Assembly (NCBI RefSeq): GCF_009914755.1
Contig: NC_060934.1
Reading direction: 5' to 3' (one strand)
DNA length: 64,000 nt
Source of the DNA: the human T2T-CHM13v2.0 reference genome, Homo sapiens
A program made the translations under genes and the position numbers. Under the pieces are notes generated by a model. The model searched no databases and was not told where the DNA came from. It saw nothing but the letters and a program-made list of their open reading frames with translations. Of this stretch, positions 14,187 to 28,409 are shown one piece after another (positions within the stretch are counted from its first letter, which is position 1; every line of letters starts with the position of its first letter).

Positions 14187-14243
14187 TTATTTTGTAATCT
14201 GGAGGGTTTAGCTGACCTCTGGGCCACCAATTCACCTGCACTG
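13934..14243 (+). mobile_element. MER102-like hAT DNA transposon
   Basis: 'caaactcatatatctacagaagtcaagcag...ggggctgtg...tgcccagtctaa' and end 'gggccaccaatt...ctg'; interrupted by (TTTA)n. Confidence 0.55.
14147..14191 (+). repeat. (TTTA)n microsatellite
   Basis: About 10 TTTA units read directly. Confidence 0.95.
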
Positions 14244-14384
14244 ATGTGATTGGGAGCCAGTGAGAGTTGTGGATCTGTGTCTTGAAAAGTCACTTCCTTT
14301 ATGCTAGTGTAGACCCATCAGTAGTAGGTCACCTGGAAGCCAGGGCTCTGCGTAGGACTCAGGGCAGCAGGACTGAAAGTTGTG

Positions 14385-14578
14385 TAACACAGCAGTTAAA
14401 AGGAGGGCTCAGGACCAGAATGCCTGTGCTTGAATTCCAGTCCAGCTACTAACCAGCCATGTGACCAGCCAAGTTGATTTATGCTTCTAGCCTCGGTTTC
14501 CTCATGTAAAAAGTGGAGAAAATATAAGTATGTGTTTCACAAGGTTGTTGTGATGATTAAATGAGTTAATGCAAATTA
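14385..14578 (+). mobile_element. MIR SINE
   Basis: 'ttgaattccag...ctactaaccagccatgtgacc...gcctcggtttcctcatgtaaaa...ggttgttgtgatgattaaatgagttaatgca'. Confidence 0.9.
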
Positions 14579-17500
14579 GCGACAAAGGTATGTATGCATC
14601 CTCACTGTTAGGAACGAGGGAGCAAGATGGGACATGGTGGTCCCCTGAGTCGCAGTCAGTGAGGCAGCTGTGTCCATGCCTGTGGGATGCTTTTCCACTA
14701 GCACCTCCACAAAATTTTTAATTCGAAGGGTAGGATGAGGGATCTGAGATTTTAAAACACCTCCCAGGTGACTTCTGCAAGAAACACCTGCAGAGGAGAG
14801 AGAGCTTGGTCACTGGGGTCCGATCCTGGCCCCGGTGTTTACTAACAGTGTTGCCTTGGGCTGATGACTCATCCCAATCTCTTTGGTTTCCAAACGTTCA
14901 CTAATGCGATCTGCTCTGTGAGGCTGATCATCTGGCAGAGCTCATGGCACTTAACACAGACTCTACAACACGAGTTCTCCTGTCTTCTCGGTCTTAATCT
15001 AGTGCAAGTCTCCCCACCAAGACTTGGGAAACACTCCTAAGGAAACAAAGAGGAAGAAAGTGAGATCCCAGGGGTGAAGATTGGATCCTTTGTGTGCTTA
15101 GTTCTGAAGTGGAATCAAATCACTTCAGAAGTTGGTTGTGTGTTGGCCTCTGGTGAATTTGTTTCACAATGCCATGTAGGAGTACATCCGTGGCTTCTCA
15201 TATTTGTTTGCCTAACTATAATTGAGCAGCTTGAATTCAGGCTACATTTTTAAAGAAAACTAGTGATCATATTCACATATGATGCTCTGGCAGTACACAG
15301 AGTCAAGTTTTCACTGGAAAATAGCTATTAAAACCCAGCAATGTAAGTTTTCCTATGCAACCTTGATTTATTATTTTGTCAAATATAGTTCAACCTATAT
15401 ATAGCCAGTTAGGAGCAAAGGTGTAGGGTAGGAAATCTCTAGCTCGGTTCCTATAGTATCCAACATTCTATAAGAAAACATGCACACACTTATCAACAGG
15501 TTTTCAATAATGAAGGCACCATACAACCCATGATAATTATACTAAATATACTGATGCTTATGATTTTCTCATGCTGTGTATCTGGAAGGAGCCTGGTGTC
15601 CAGCCTCATACTGGGTCATGGAAGTAGCCTGTTGTGTCTCCGTGTTCTACCATTTATCACAGGGCATCATTTCTGCATCTCGAGTCCCAATTCACAAAAT
15701 TGAAAGATCTCTCAGGCCTGAGCCTATTGTTGTTTTATCTTTGAATTTTTGACAACCCAGAACATGCCACATTTCAGGAAAGGTTTCTTGAATGAGTGCA
15801 TAAATGAAGCTTTGATAATGATTTGACATTTCAGCATCTTCTGGTTTGCTCGTAGTTTGCTAAGGAGGAAAATGAAAAGAGAGAAAGTTAGAGAGAGCAT
15901 TGCGAGCATTGCGATTTCCAGGATATACTTTTATAATGAGTTGTTCCAATACAGACTGCAAGCTCAGAACTTTGAATTAACTGGCACCCATTGTATGCCA
16001 CCTGATGTTAGTGACAAATGTACCCACTTCAGAACAGGAGCCAATATCTGCGTATCAGGGAGCTGCAGAGATGACAGTGAAAAGGTACATGGCAAGTGAT
16101 GAATGGTCAGATGCTAATGCCAGCAAGCCCTTTGCTACAGAGATGGAGAGTTTAATTGTTCCCACTTTGATTTCATACCGCAGACGCCATAAACATCTTA
16201 GTTTAATCAACCAGAAACATGGGCTGTCATAGATTTAAATTCATAGCAGTTATGGGTCTATATCAAAAGCTATAGAGATGCTTGTTACACACAGATACAA
16301 GAACAGGAATGGAAAGCACTGATGTCATCCCCATGGGTTAAACTGGACTATCTGTCTATTTTTCCTGCAGGGTGAGGAGTTTATTAACAAGAAACAGTGT
16401 TTATCATACTAGGCATTCAGATAAATCCATTTTCCATTTAATTTATTCATTTGGAAAGGTCAACTTTTCCACCAAAACAATTTCTGTTTCTTTAATGATT
16501 TCTTTAATAACTTTCTGTATTTTTGTTTGTATTTCTCTTCTCTCATTTAAAAAAATCTCTTTTCAATATGCCAATTTAATTTTAGCACACCTAATACAAA
16601 TGGCATTGAAAAACAGGTTTCTTGAGTGTCTTTTTTTCTTTTTAAAATTATTCTCATCACTTCACCTTAGGATGTTTTGTAAGCGCATCACATGTGTTTC
16701 ATGTGAACCTCACTCAGTACTGGATCTTTTTCTTTCCATTTACATCCTAGGAAGTTATTGTTTCCCATTCCAATACTGTATGCATTTTTCTTTCCTAATT
16801 GGCGCTTGCTAGTAGACAGAAAAACATTACGTTTAAAATCCATTTGGCTTTAAATTAATATTTTAGCTGTATCTGAATTATCCCATGAGGCCATATTTAT
16901 CTTGGAAAACAGATTGTGGTTAAACTCCTGTTTCTAACTTTTATTTGTTTGGCTGATGCCATCTTTCTGTTCAGAAAAGGAGTTAGGGCAGTTGTCTCCT
17001 TCCACTAGGCCTTGAATAGCAAATGTTTAGCCCCGAGCAAAAAAACATAACTGCCTTCTGAGATGTTTCAGGCTTTCATTCATGCTGTAGATGCTAATTT
17101 TGGAGGAAGACAGAAGCTTATATTCACACAGTTACTAAAAGAGCACCTGGGTCAGGGGGTGGAGACTCGGTTTACCAAGTTCTTAAAAGACAACATGGCT
17201 CTTCTGACTTCAGCAGATAAAGAGGAATCGGGGCATTTTCATTCCTGGATCAATCCCACTTCTTGTTCATATGGTCTGTTTATTGCACCAGCCATTAACC
17301 AAACTTATGATAGGAAAGTGCAGCTAGTTTTTCAAAATAATGTTTTAAGTCTTCTTTTTAAAAAATAACCAATTCCCCCAGGATATAATAGTCTAATTAA
17401 TAAACTGATGAATGTTATAATCCATTAGACAGCATTATCCCGAGATGGAAGGGATAGGTATTATTTAATAGGAATGTCCAGAGCAGAGTTTATCAGTACT

Positions 17501-18297
17501 TTCTTGTCACATGAAAGTACAGTTCCTGGCTCAGAACACACGCCAAGGCTGGTGGCCAGAGGGAAGAAAGAAGGGAAGAAAGGAGGGAAACAGTTGAAGC
17601 CACTGGCTGCTTTCTTCTCAAGAGCATGCTTTCTGTTCAAAGCACTTAGTATGTTTGCCTCCAAATTCTGAACTCCTATGACTTCCTGCTAAAGCACTCA
17701 CCTTCTTTTTATTTAGCTTTCCAACCACAAGTCAGAGCTGCCCTACCTCAGAATAGAGCTTCTTTATTCCTTCAAATTCCCAAGTTTATTTACATGGAAG
17801 GGGCATACTGCTCTTGTTAGAAGAATATTAAGAATATCCTTGAGGTTCCCAAGAATTGTACAAATAACTGTTGATTCTTTGGTGATAGACATTCTGATTT
17901 TCAACATAGAATGGCTATGCAGAGTAGAGGGTGTCTGTTATGTGTTGATTCTACAAACAGAAGAACTAAATCCACCTGTGTGTTCAGTTTTTTATACCTT
18001 TATGTCCTTTATATTCCCAATGGGGGTGAGGAGCGCAGGTAGGAAGGGTAAGAGTCTAAGAAATTGTGCTAAAAACTCATAAGCTTTTGGTTTCAAAATG
18101 ATTTGGCAAAGGAATTTTATCCTGAGGGACCTGAGTTTGGGGTAAGTTTTAAAGGAAAATAGTGAAAAAGTAGCAACTATAGATTATTAGTTACATTTAA
18201 CATTTCATGATGGGATGGTGGTGTGTGTGTATGTTGACACATAATGTGTATGTGTATATGTGTTTGTGTGTGGATATATGTAGGTGTGAGTGTTTAA

Positions 18298-18780
<483 letters not shown>

Positions 18781-18986
18781 TAGATATAACCATTTCTTAT
18801 AGGAAGACACAATCTTTGTTGAAGAATACTTTGAAAGAACTGCATTAAGGAAATCCTGATCTGGGACTCAGGGTGTGGCACCTAGGGAGCAAGTGAGAAG
18901 AGTTAATTAAAGTACTGTTATAGCAACAGAACTGGGCAGTAGGAACTGCAATGTCACTGAGAAGAGGAAGGAGGATAATAGCTGGC

Positions 18987-19388
18987 TGATAGAGTTTGAT
19001 ATGTGTCCCCATCAAATCTCATGTTGAATTGTAATTCCCAGTATTGGAGGTGGGGCCTGGTGAGGGGTGTTTGGGTCATGGGGCAGGTCCCTCATGGCTT
19101 GGTTCTGTCCCGGTGATACTGAGTAAGTTCTCATGGGATCTGGATGTTTAAAAGTGTGGCCCCTGCCCCACAAGTGCTCTTGTGCCTGTTTTCGCCTGTG
19201 ACTTGCCTGCTTCCTGTTTGTTTTCTGCCATGGGTAAAAGCTCCCTGAGGCCTCCCCAGAAGCCGGGCTGATGCCAGTACCATGCTTCCTATACAGCCTG
19301 CAGAACTGTGAGCCAATTAAACCTCTTTTCTTTGTAAATTACCCAGTCTCAGATATTTCTTTATAGCAATGCAAGAATGGCCTAACAC
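18987..19388 (+). mobile_element. MSTA-like MaLR solo LTR
   Basis: Starts 'tgatagagtttgatatgtgtcccc..aaatctcatgttgaattgtaat'; ends 'cagaactgtgagccaattaaacctcttttc...tttatagcaatgcaagaatggcctaac'. Confidence 0.92.
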
Positions 19389-20104
19389 TCAGGGTGAGCA
19401 TGAACAAGCAGGGAGGGTCAAAGAAGAGGAGGTCTTTGGTAGGAGTATGGGTCAGGGAGTGGGGTGAGGGTGGGCAGCATCTTGGAAGAGGGTAGATAAT
19501 GCTTCTCTGAGATTTCTAAAATATCTTTAGTTTTTATTGTTCATGATCTTTCTTATAAGAGAATTATTTTTGGTAGACTCAAATTCAAGCTGTGTTCTGG
19601 GTTCAGGCTGGCACAGATTAAAAACTGAAGCTGGTGAAGGAGTGGCCACAGCTGGAGGGACCACTGGGATTCTGTTTTCTTGAGACTTTGGTCCCGACCT
19701 ATATGGTGACCATTGGTCCAACATAGGTTGGGACCAAATTCTCAAGAAACCAGAAGACATGGTTCCTCCCTCAGGTTGCTCACAGCATGCCATCCAGTGG
19801 TCCCTTGTTGATCATGATTATCGGGAGTAAATTCTGTGTCAACAAAGTTGACCTGGCTATATTTAATTCACCCCCAAATCAAGGCCAGTACTCAAGTCAT
19901 TTTAGTAAATTTCTGTGGATGCAGTACTACAGATATGTGATTATAAGGGGAGCCCCGATGGGGTCCCATTTATTCCTTTATGATTACCAGGAGAATTGAA
20001 AGGCAGATCTTTTTTTGATGAATGTGAATTTCTCTTACTATCTGAATTGTGGAGCCCAATTCCATTCAAATAAATTATCTATAGATTTACTGAATAGGGA
20101 AAAT

Positions 20105-20278
20105 AATTTTACTGTTTATTGAGAGGCTGTTGTATGCTACCCTTTTCACTTACATTAATTTATTTAATATTCACAACTCTCCTGAGTGGCTATTATAATT
20201 CTTATTTTATTACTGAAGAAACTGAGGATTAGAGAGGTTAAGTAATTTACTCGGTATTATTCGGTTAGTAAATGGGAA
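20105..20278 (-). mobile_element. MIR SINE
   Basis: 'ttactgaagaaactgaggattagagaggttaagtaattt'. Confidence 0.85.
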
Positions 20279-20434
20279 GGGCGCAAAGCTCAGAGGTGTG
20301 TATGGAAAAGACATTGTTTTTCCTGGGCTGTAGAGGGCTGGAAGTGCTTTCACTGAGGCTCAGGCAGTAGGAGCCGGGCAGCAAGGAGGAGGCAGCCTGA
20401 ACATGGGCCAGGATGCTGTGCCGTGTGGGATGTG

Positions 20435-20580
20435 TTCACTCAGTCAACAAACATTTATTGAGTGCCTACCACATGCCAGGCAAGTAGGCAAGGTATGCCT
20501 ACCACATACCACATACTGCTCCAAGTAGGGTGGATAAAAAAGTGAACAAAAGAAATCCTCTAGAACTCACGATCCAGTGG
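20435..20580 (-). mobile_element. L2 3'-end fragment
   Basis: 'ttcactcagtcaacaaacatttattgagtgcctaccacatgccaggca'. Confidence 0.8.
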
Positions 20581-22534
20581 AATGATGCTGTCACAAATGC
20601 AATGACACTGACTCAATGGTTTGCAGCAGCACCCAGACCATCTATTGTTGAGGGGTTTGACATTCCTTCTGATGACTGGCACATCGGAGCATGCTGACTT
20701 ATCTGCCTACACACTGTGTTGTGAAACACACGATTGTGAGATGGCTCATGAGTAATTTGTCACATTCCTACGTATCAGAACTGGTCAACCTATAAATCCA
20801 CGTTTGGTCACTTTAGCATTAATAGACATGCTGTAATGACTGCTGGACTTGGGCACCTCTTCCCACCTTGGACAATGATTTGTAAGCACCTGTATCTTTA
20901 GTAGAAGTGCTGCCACTTCCATCCTTGATGGCCTTGATGGCATCTTTCCAGGAGCACTGTTCTCTTCTAAGTCCATGCTGCTCCCTGTACTTCTTGGCTT
21001 TTCTGTGGTATAAGGTCCCAGGGAGGGTAGGACATTGACTTTTTCTCTAACTCTTTGCTTTAGTTTCTAAACCTTTGTCTTTGACTTCGCTTTCTGATTC
21101 CACCCTTCACGCCATCAGCTCTAGAGACAAAGGTAACAGGACAAAGAATCAGGGAATGAGGTGAGTAGTACCTGTCTCTCTGTCCCCCTTTTCTCCCCCT
21201 CCTCAGGCAAAATCCCTTCCCTCCTTCAGCTGCAATGAGACATCAGAAAGGGCCAACGACTTACTAGTTATCTTGTGATCCATTTAGGAAAAGAGCAAAG
21301 TAATTGCACCATGGTTAGAATACTCAGTATATAAACAAGAATTCAAGTTCTAATATCTGCGATAGACTTATTAAAGAAAGAAATAATAGTAGATTAGATT
21401 GAAGTTTATCCTTATAATAACTTGTCTCTTGCTCTCTTGCATTCACATTTGTTTTCTTGAGATGAGATAAAAGATTTAATTTACTGAGAATTTGTTATGT
21501 ATGAAAATAATATTCATTTCCTCCAGCCTTTCAATTTTTTTGTCACGAAGTTTTGTATAATATATACCTTTATAGACATATTTTCATCTTTTCTACATAT
21601 GTGGGAATGCCAAATGAAAGCCATTTTTCCTCAATATAACATTTTTAACAAGAGTTCTTAAAATAATGATTCCCCAGTTAATGTATACATATACATTTGC
21701 AAAATAGCAAGTTCATTTGGTAATTGCAGAAGAAATAATGGCTTTAATAACCACTGCTCCACTTGGTGTCTGCCTCTAAGCATTGTTAGGACAGCAAGCA
21801 TCAGGCAATTCCCCATGGCCCTGTTTTCTGAGAAGGTTCTATTTATGTCTTCCGAATTTTGACTATATTTTGACATTTTCAAGTAAGTGTATGGCATCTG
21901 TTGAATAAATGATCACTCAAAATGGATTTGCCTCAATTATCACCTAGGCTTTAATCTCTCTAACTACAAACTCCCCCTTCCTCACTGTTGCTGGCAGTGA
22001 CACCTGCATTCCTGCTGCACCGTCATCCTTGGGAAGGGCTTTGGAGTTGCAATCAGCATCCTTAAGAGAAGAGTACTTAGGTGTAGTATGCTTTGGCTGT
22101 TCTCATAAGTCGTTATTGGTCAGCCTGAAGCCTCACTGTTACAATTACTTTGTCTAATTATGATTTTTGCTGTCAAACTTATGTTAAAATTTCAGCAATA
22201 ACAGTTTATTTGTTCAGTGCTCTCACTGCATTATAAACATGAAGTTTTCACATTTTGTATGTTTTAGTAATCATGAATGACTTTCTAGTATTGTCCACAT
22301 TATATATTTGATATCTATTTATACTGCGAATTAACACTGAAACAATGAACTAACGTGATTTTCTTGAAGACAACACATTGTGTTCAGTTGGTTCTCTGAA
22401 CCCTAAATAAAGCTGAAAAGTGTATTAATTTTGGTATGGATTCCCTAATGATTGCACAGTTACTTGTATATATTTTATAGCTGTAAATCTTGGTGGATAA
22501 ACTAGAATTAGCAGTGCTCAATGACTTCAAATGA

Positions 22535-22837
22535 TTTTTTTTTTTTTTGAGATGGAGTCTCTCTCTGTCACCCAGGCTAGAGTGCAGTGGCGCGATCTCG
22601 GCTCACTGCAACCTCCGCCTCCTGGGTTCACACCATCTCCTGCCTCAGCCTCCCGAGTAGCTGGGACTACAGGCATCCACCACCACGCCTGGCTAATTTT
22701 TTTTTTTTTTGTATTTTTTTAGTAGAGACGGGGTTTCACCATGTTAGCCAGGATGGTCTCGATCTCCTGACCTCGTGATCTGCCCGCCTCGGCCTACCAA
22801 AGTGCTGGGATTACAGGCGTGAGCCACCGCACCCAGC
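22535..22837 (-). mobile_element. AluY/AluSc8-like, full length
   Basis: 'ttagccaggatggtctcgatctcctgacctcgtga' and 'gttcacaccat'; TSD tgacttcaaat(g/a)atttt at 22522-22538 and 22838-22854. Confidence 0.97.
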
Positions 22838-22999
22838 TGACTTCAAATAATTTTAAAGATTATACACACACACAAACACACACACATACACATTATTTTT
22901 CTTTTGAACTGAAATAACACCTGGTTTCAATTGTTATACATGTTTTCTCAGCTAGTGCTATTGCAGTTGAACCATAATATATATAAAGACAATATGTGG

Positions 23000-24960
23000 A
23001 TCCTAGAGGTAATAAATTATTTCAGCAAGGTTGTAGAGTACAAGATTAACAACACACACACACACACACGCACGCACCAGTCACATTTTTATATACTGAA
23101 AATGAACAGGGAAACAAAAATTAAAAATGCAATAGTATTTATAATTACTCCAGAGGAAAAGACGTGATTAGATGTAAACTTTAAAAAACATAATCTGTAC
23201 ATACTGAAAATTTAAAAATGCTGACAAAAGAAATAAAAAACATCTTAAATAATTGGAGAGACATATGGTGTTCATGTACTGGAAGTCTCACATAGTAAAG
23301 ATGTTAATTCTCCTGAAATTGATAGTCATTCCTATAAAAATCTTAGCAAGATCTTTTGTAGATAAGCTTATTGTAAAAGGTGCATGACAGATCCTAGAAT
23401 AGTTAAAACAATGTTGAAAAATAATAAAGTGGGAAGAATTACTTTGCTGAATATTAAGCTTATTATAGAACTACAGTAATTAAGACAATTTGGCAGCGAG
23501 AGAGACACAAATCAGTTGGACAGAATAGAAATTCTTTAAATAGATTCACACCAATTTGCCCACATGATTTTTGACAAAGGCACAAAAGCAATTCAATGCA
23601 TGCAGGATACAAGTTTCAACAAATGGTCCTGGAGCAGTCAGATATTCATAAGGAAAAACAATCAAACAAACAAAAAACCCAACTGAACCTCCACATAAAC
23701 CTCACACCTTATATAAAAATCAACTCAAAATGAATTATCGGCTGGAAACATAAAGCTATAAAACTTTTAAGAAAGAAATACAAGAGAAAATTTCTGGGAT
23801 CTAGCATTCAACAAAGTGTTCTTAAACTTGACACCAGACTCAATACATAAAGGGAAATGTTGATGAAGTCTACTTTATCAAAATTTAAAATGCTTGTCTG
23901 AGAATGAGCTTGTTAAAAGAATGAAAAAACAAAGTAAAGACTGGGGGAAAATATTTGCAAACCACATATCTGATGAAGAATAAGTATTTAGAATATATAA
24001 CACAGTCTCAAAACTCAACAGTTAAAACGATCCCATTAAAAATATGGACCAAACACATTGAGAGACATTTCCCCAAACTGAATATAGAGAGAGCAAATAA
24101 GCACATGAAAAGATGTTGAACATTATTATCATTAGGGGAATGCAAATAAAAACCACAATTGATATCAATATATAGCTATCATAATGGCTAAAGTTAAAAA
24201 AAAAGAAAAAAGGAAGTAGTGACAACACCAAATTCTGACAGGCATGCAGAGAAACTGGACCTCTGAAACATGGCTGGTGGAAATATATTTGGTACAACCA
24301 CTCTGGAAAACAGTTTGCCAATTTCTTTAAAAAAACCTATCCATGCAAATATCATATGACACAGTACTTGCACTCTTGCATATTAACCCCTGAAAAATAA
24401 AAAGAATATTCACATAGAAACCTCTACTTAAATGTTCATAGCAGCTATAGTCAGACTAACCAAAAATTAAAAACAACCTAGTTGTTCTCTGGTTGTTCTT
24501 TGGCAGGTGATAATTAAACACACTGTGGCACATGTATATTGTAGAATACTACTCAATAAAATAATGAACTGTTGATACAGTCAACAACTTAAATAAACCT
24601 AGATGGAATTAATGCTAAATTTATCAAGCCAATTTTAAAAGGTCACATACTTCATGGCACCATTTATATAACGTTCTTGAAATGACCAAAATATAGAAAT
24701 GGAAAACAATGTGTAGTTTCCAGGGTTTAGGCAAGAGTTCAGAGTGGGAGGGAAGTGAGGAAGCTTATAAGAGGGATCCTTATGGTGAAGGAATATTCTG
24801 CATCTTGAGGGTGTCAATGTCAACAGCTTTCTTGTGACACTGCATTATAGTTGTGTAAGATATTACCTTTGGGAGAACTAGGTAGAGCTACATGGGATCA
24901 GTCTATTATTTCTTGCGGCTGCATGTCAATCTGCAATTATCTCAAAATAAAAAATTGAAT
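23000..24960 (+). mobile_element. L1MC (L1MC1/2-like): ORF2 3' remnant plus 3' UTR
   Basis: A-rich L1 ORF2 motifs ('tgatttttgacaaagg', 'ggaatgcaaataaaaaccaca', 'atatttgcaaaccacatatctga'); 3' end 'tgcatgtcaatctgcaattatctcaaaataaaaaatt'. Confidence 0.92.
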
Positions 24961-26328
24961 TCAGACAAAAGAAACAATACATGGAGGAGGCTTTTGGCCC
25001 CTGTGGGAGTGCTCTCTTGATTCTCCTGTTAGAGAGAGAACTGTCTTTTCAGGTACAAGATGGGCTCCTCAGCCTCCGTCCCAGATGGTCTACGTTGAGT
25101 TCAATTTTTTGTTAAGTCAAGAAGATCTGTACTTAGACGGCAGTATAAATACTTGGCAGACACTGCAAAAATGACCTCAGTACATACAATATTTGTCAGA
25201 AAGCTTGCTTGGTATCAGCATTGTTCAGAAAAAAAAATACTTGAAGACCACAATTCTAAAAACTTATCTCTAGAGCAAGCCTAGAGAGGAGAGAACTGAG
25301 TGCCTAAGTTCAATTATTATTGAGCCATCATGAAATTGTGTTTACAGAATCACACTTTGGTGATCCTAGAAGAAATATCTTCCTTTAGTCAAAGAATGAT
25401 AAAATTTCTCTGAGGCATTAAATTTCCTATGGGAATTGTGAATTATATGACCAATTTTTCTCCTTCTCTTAGGCTACTGAAATTCTACAGCTAATTTGAT
25501 TTATTCTGTAGCAATGTGGGGGTCATTATATATGATTGTTCAGGCATGACCAACTATTTTTCCTTGGTTCCCCATCTTACCTTTAATTAATGTATCTTGT
25601 TAAAGTTTCTGAGTCTTTAGAAGCTGCCTTAAATCTCTATGTGAATAAATAAGGAATAAAGATAAATTTATCTTGATGTACCTGCTTCAGCCTCTTAATA
25701 TCTCGTAATTGCATAGGACTGTCCTGGAAGCATATTGAAAAATTAAAACAAAAAAAGACTTCTATTTCTGGAATTTTTCTATGCCTCCTTCAACCTTGTA
25801 TTTAGCAAGCATATTTTTGCAATTTTTTTTTCTTTCTCTATCTTGACTTCCTCTCTCTTGTTAGCCCTCTGATGAATGGGCCAGTTTGAATTTGCTACTC
25901 TGGTTTTTGGCCTTTGACAACCTGCCAGCAAATGCCCCGCTTGTCCTCTCACCAAGGATGAGAAGTATCCCATCCTATGCTCTCCCTCAGCTCTAAGGGA
26001 TTTACTCAAAAAGAGAAAGAGCAATTAGGCCCTGGACATGCATTCTAACTTAATTTTAGCCTCAGTCTTCTCTGATGGAAACCATGCTTTAAACATTTCA
26101 CTCCCCACTAAACTCAGTTCATATCACAAATCCTCTTCAAAATAACAGATTTATTTAACCTTAAGTAAAATTAACCTTGGATTGATCCGAGGTGAATAAA
26201 GCATTTTAGTTATAAATGGAAAGCATTGAGTCTGCCATTTCTAGACCCATTTCTAAGATGCCTAGGATGCATTAGATAATTTATATAAAGTGATGTTGTG
26301 TAACTAATAAACACATATTCTACTGATG

Positions 26329-26330
<2 letters not shown>

Positions 26331-26367
<37 letters not shown>

Positions 26368-26370
26368 TGT
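26331..26370 (+). repeat. (TG)n microsatellite
   Basis: About 20 units with one interruption. Confidence 0.95.
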
Positions 26371-27714
26371 TTGAAAGTTTGGCAGTTACACATACAGTCA
26401 TATGCCACCTGCCACCTCCGTATTGTGCTGTAAGACTTCTTCAGTCATCCTTAAGGAAGTGTTTGATCCCTCTTTCTTGTTACATATAAAGACAATGCAC
26501 TTTAAATACTACTTTAAAATCTGCATCAGCGTTATATGCCTGCTTGGCCCTAGGCTCCAGCTTCACCACATGATTTTCTCTCCAAATGAAATATACACAC
26601 TACCTTGGGTTCTTCTGTGATTTTTCCTGTCTACTCACATTTCTTTATTTTTCACTCTTGGAATATCTGAATTCATCATGCATAATTTCTGCTGTTTCAT
26701 GTACTTGAGGAATGCAAATATTTGAGATCTGCAGCTACAGACAAATCAATAGCCTTGTGGTTCCATTTGTTCCCTTCTAGCTTTTAATTCTGATTTTTGA
26801 CAGTTTCTGAATATGGTAAGTTATAGCCCTGCATTACTAAGAGCAATAAAATATAAATATATCAATTCCTAATGAATTTAAATAACTTGTGAAATAAATC
26901 AAGGAGCCCGGAAAATTTAAATGATAAAATTTAAGGATGAGATTCATGTGCTATTTGCTGACTAATGTAAAAAAAAAATTCAACCTGTTTATGACTAATG
27001 TTAAATCTTAAAATTTAAATTGCACATGACCTTGGTCTGTTTTGTTTCACTATGATTATGACTAATCCCTCCCAAATTTATAACAGTTGAACTAATGCAA
27101 TGTTGACTGTCAACAGTTGAATTCCTAAAACAAAAATAAATATGACTCGTTTCATTTAAGATGTAGATGGGATTCCATGGAAAAGGACAAAGATGGATGA
27201 TTATGCTGTAATAGAATTGGTTGGTTGCCAGCGATAAGCTTCAATATAAGAGTGGCAGGTGCATTGTAGTGGAATGAACAATGAGCCTAGTGTCAAAATC
27301 TCTAACAGTATGACCTCGGTGGAGCCTGTTTTTGTTATCGAGGGTACATTTTTAATAGATGAGCCCCTCTGGGGTCTTGAGTAAAGTGAAGAATCATAAA
27401 CACATTCACTATTAGAATCTGAGGGACTCTGTCATGTCGTCTTCCATACCGCTGGAGCTGGGTCTGCCTAGTTCCCGAAATGGACACTCCAAAAATATCT
27501 TATAGGAAAAATAAAGAAAATTCTTTCTTCCTGTGAAACCTTTCAGCCCTCTCCAATTATTGTCAAATACAGTGATTTTATTCAGGAGGATTCAGTCTGC
27601 TATTTTAACCTCTGGCTTTAATGCTAAGTATTCTAGCCTAATATTTATACTATGTATATTTTCTCAACGTCATCTACCAGTCAGTAGGGTACCTTGGTAT
27701 TCATTTTCTTCTGA

Positions 27715-28400
27715 ATTTATTTACTAATTCAACAAATACTTATTGAATTGTTTATGTGGCAGGAGCAGTGCTAAGTTCTGAGAACCCAAAAGTAAAAAAG
27801 GACAAAAAAAACCCCTATTTTAGGGAGCTTTAAAAATTACATGGATACATGTAAAATTACTATAGTAAGTGCTGTGAAGAAGAGATCCTGGTGCAGTCTA
27901 TGCATATAATGGTAGCTTTTACTGATCATGGAGGTGAGACCAGGCTTTCCTGAGGAAGTAATTGTTCACCAGTATCTAAAGGATGAGCATGAGTAACTCG
28001 GTAAAAGGTTGGGCATGAGCATTTCAGGTGAAGAATATGACACGTGAAGCAGTCGTGTGTTTGAGAGGGGTGTGGTAAATGTAAAGTCAGTGTGGCCGCA
28101 GCTCAGAGAGGAAGAGGAAGGCTGGAGAAGTAGTGGTGCTACTAATGTTTAAACTCGTCCCAAAGGCAATGAGAAACCATCAACGTTTATTAGGCAGGGT
28201 TGAGAGTGGGTGAAGTGACATGATCTCTTTTGTATCTGACAAACCATCCTTCCTTGCATGCGGAGACTGGCTGCCTTGGTGGATGCAGGTGGACAAGGCA
28301 GCCAGTGGAGTGGTTGAGAGAAGAGATATTCACGGCTAAGATGATGGTGGTGGTGGAGGAAAGCAGGTGACACGAGTTTTTATTGGAGGATAAATTTGCT
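27715..28400 (-). mobile_element. L2 LINE (appears to resume at ~29265-29380)
   Basis: 'attcaacaaatacttattga...ggctttcctgaggaagt...caatgagaaacca...ttataggcaggg..gtgacatgatc'. Confidence 0.85.
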
Positions 28401-28409
28401 TAATTGTTA

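Noticed and set aside
16372-16812. 146-aa hydrophobic ORF after an acceptor-like tttcctgcag
   Set aside because: F/L/I/S richness reflects T-rich DNA; non-ATG start, no family resemblance, and CAG-G-GTGAG is not a true AG/GT recursive site
23000-24960. L1 ORF2 as an active or coding element
   Set aside because: 5'-truncated and broken by stops and frameshifts; no long ORF in the track
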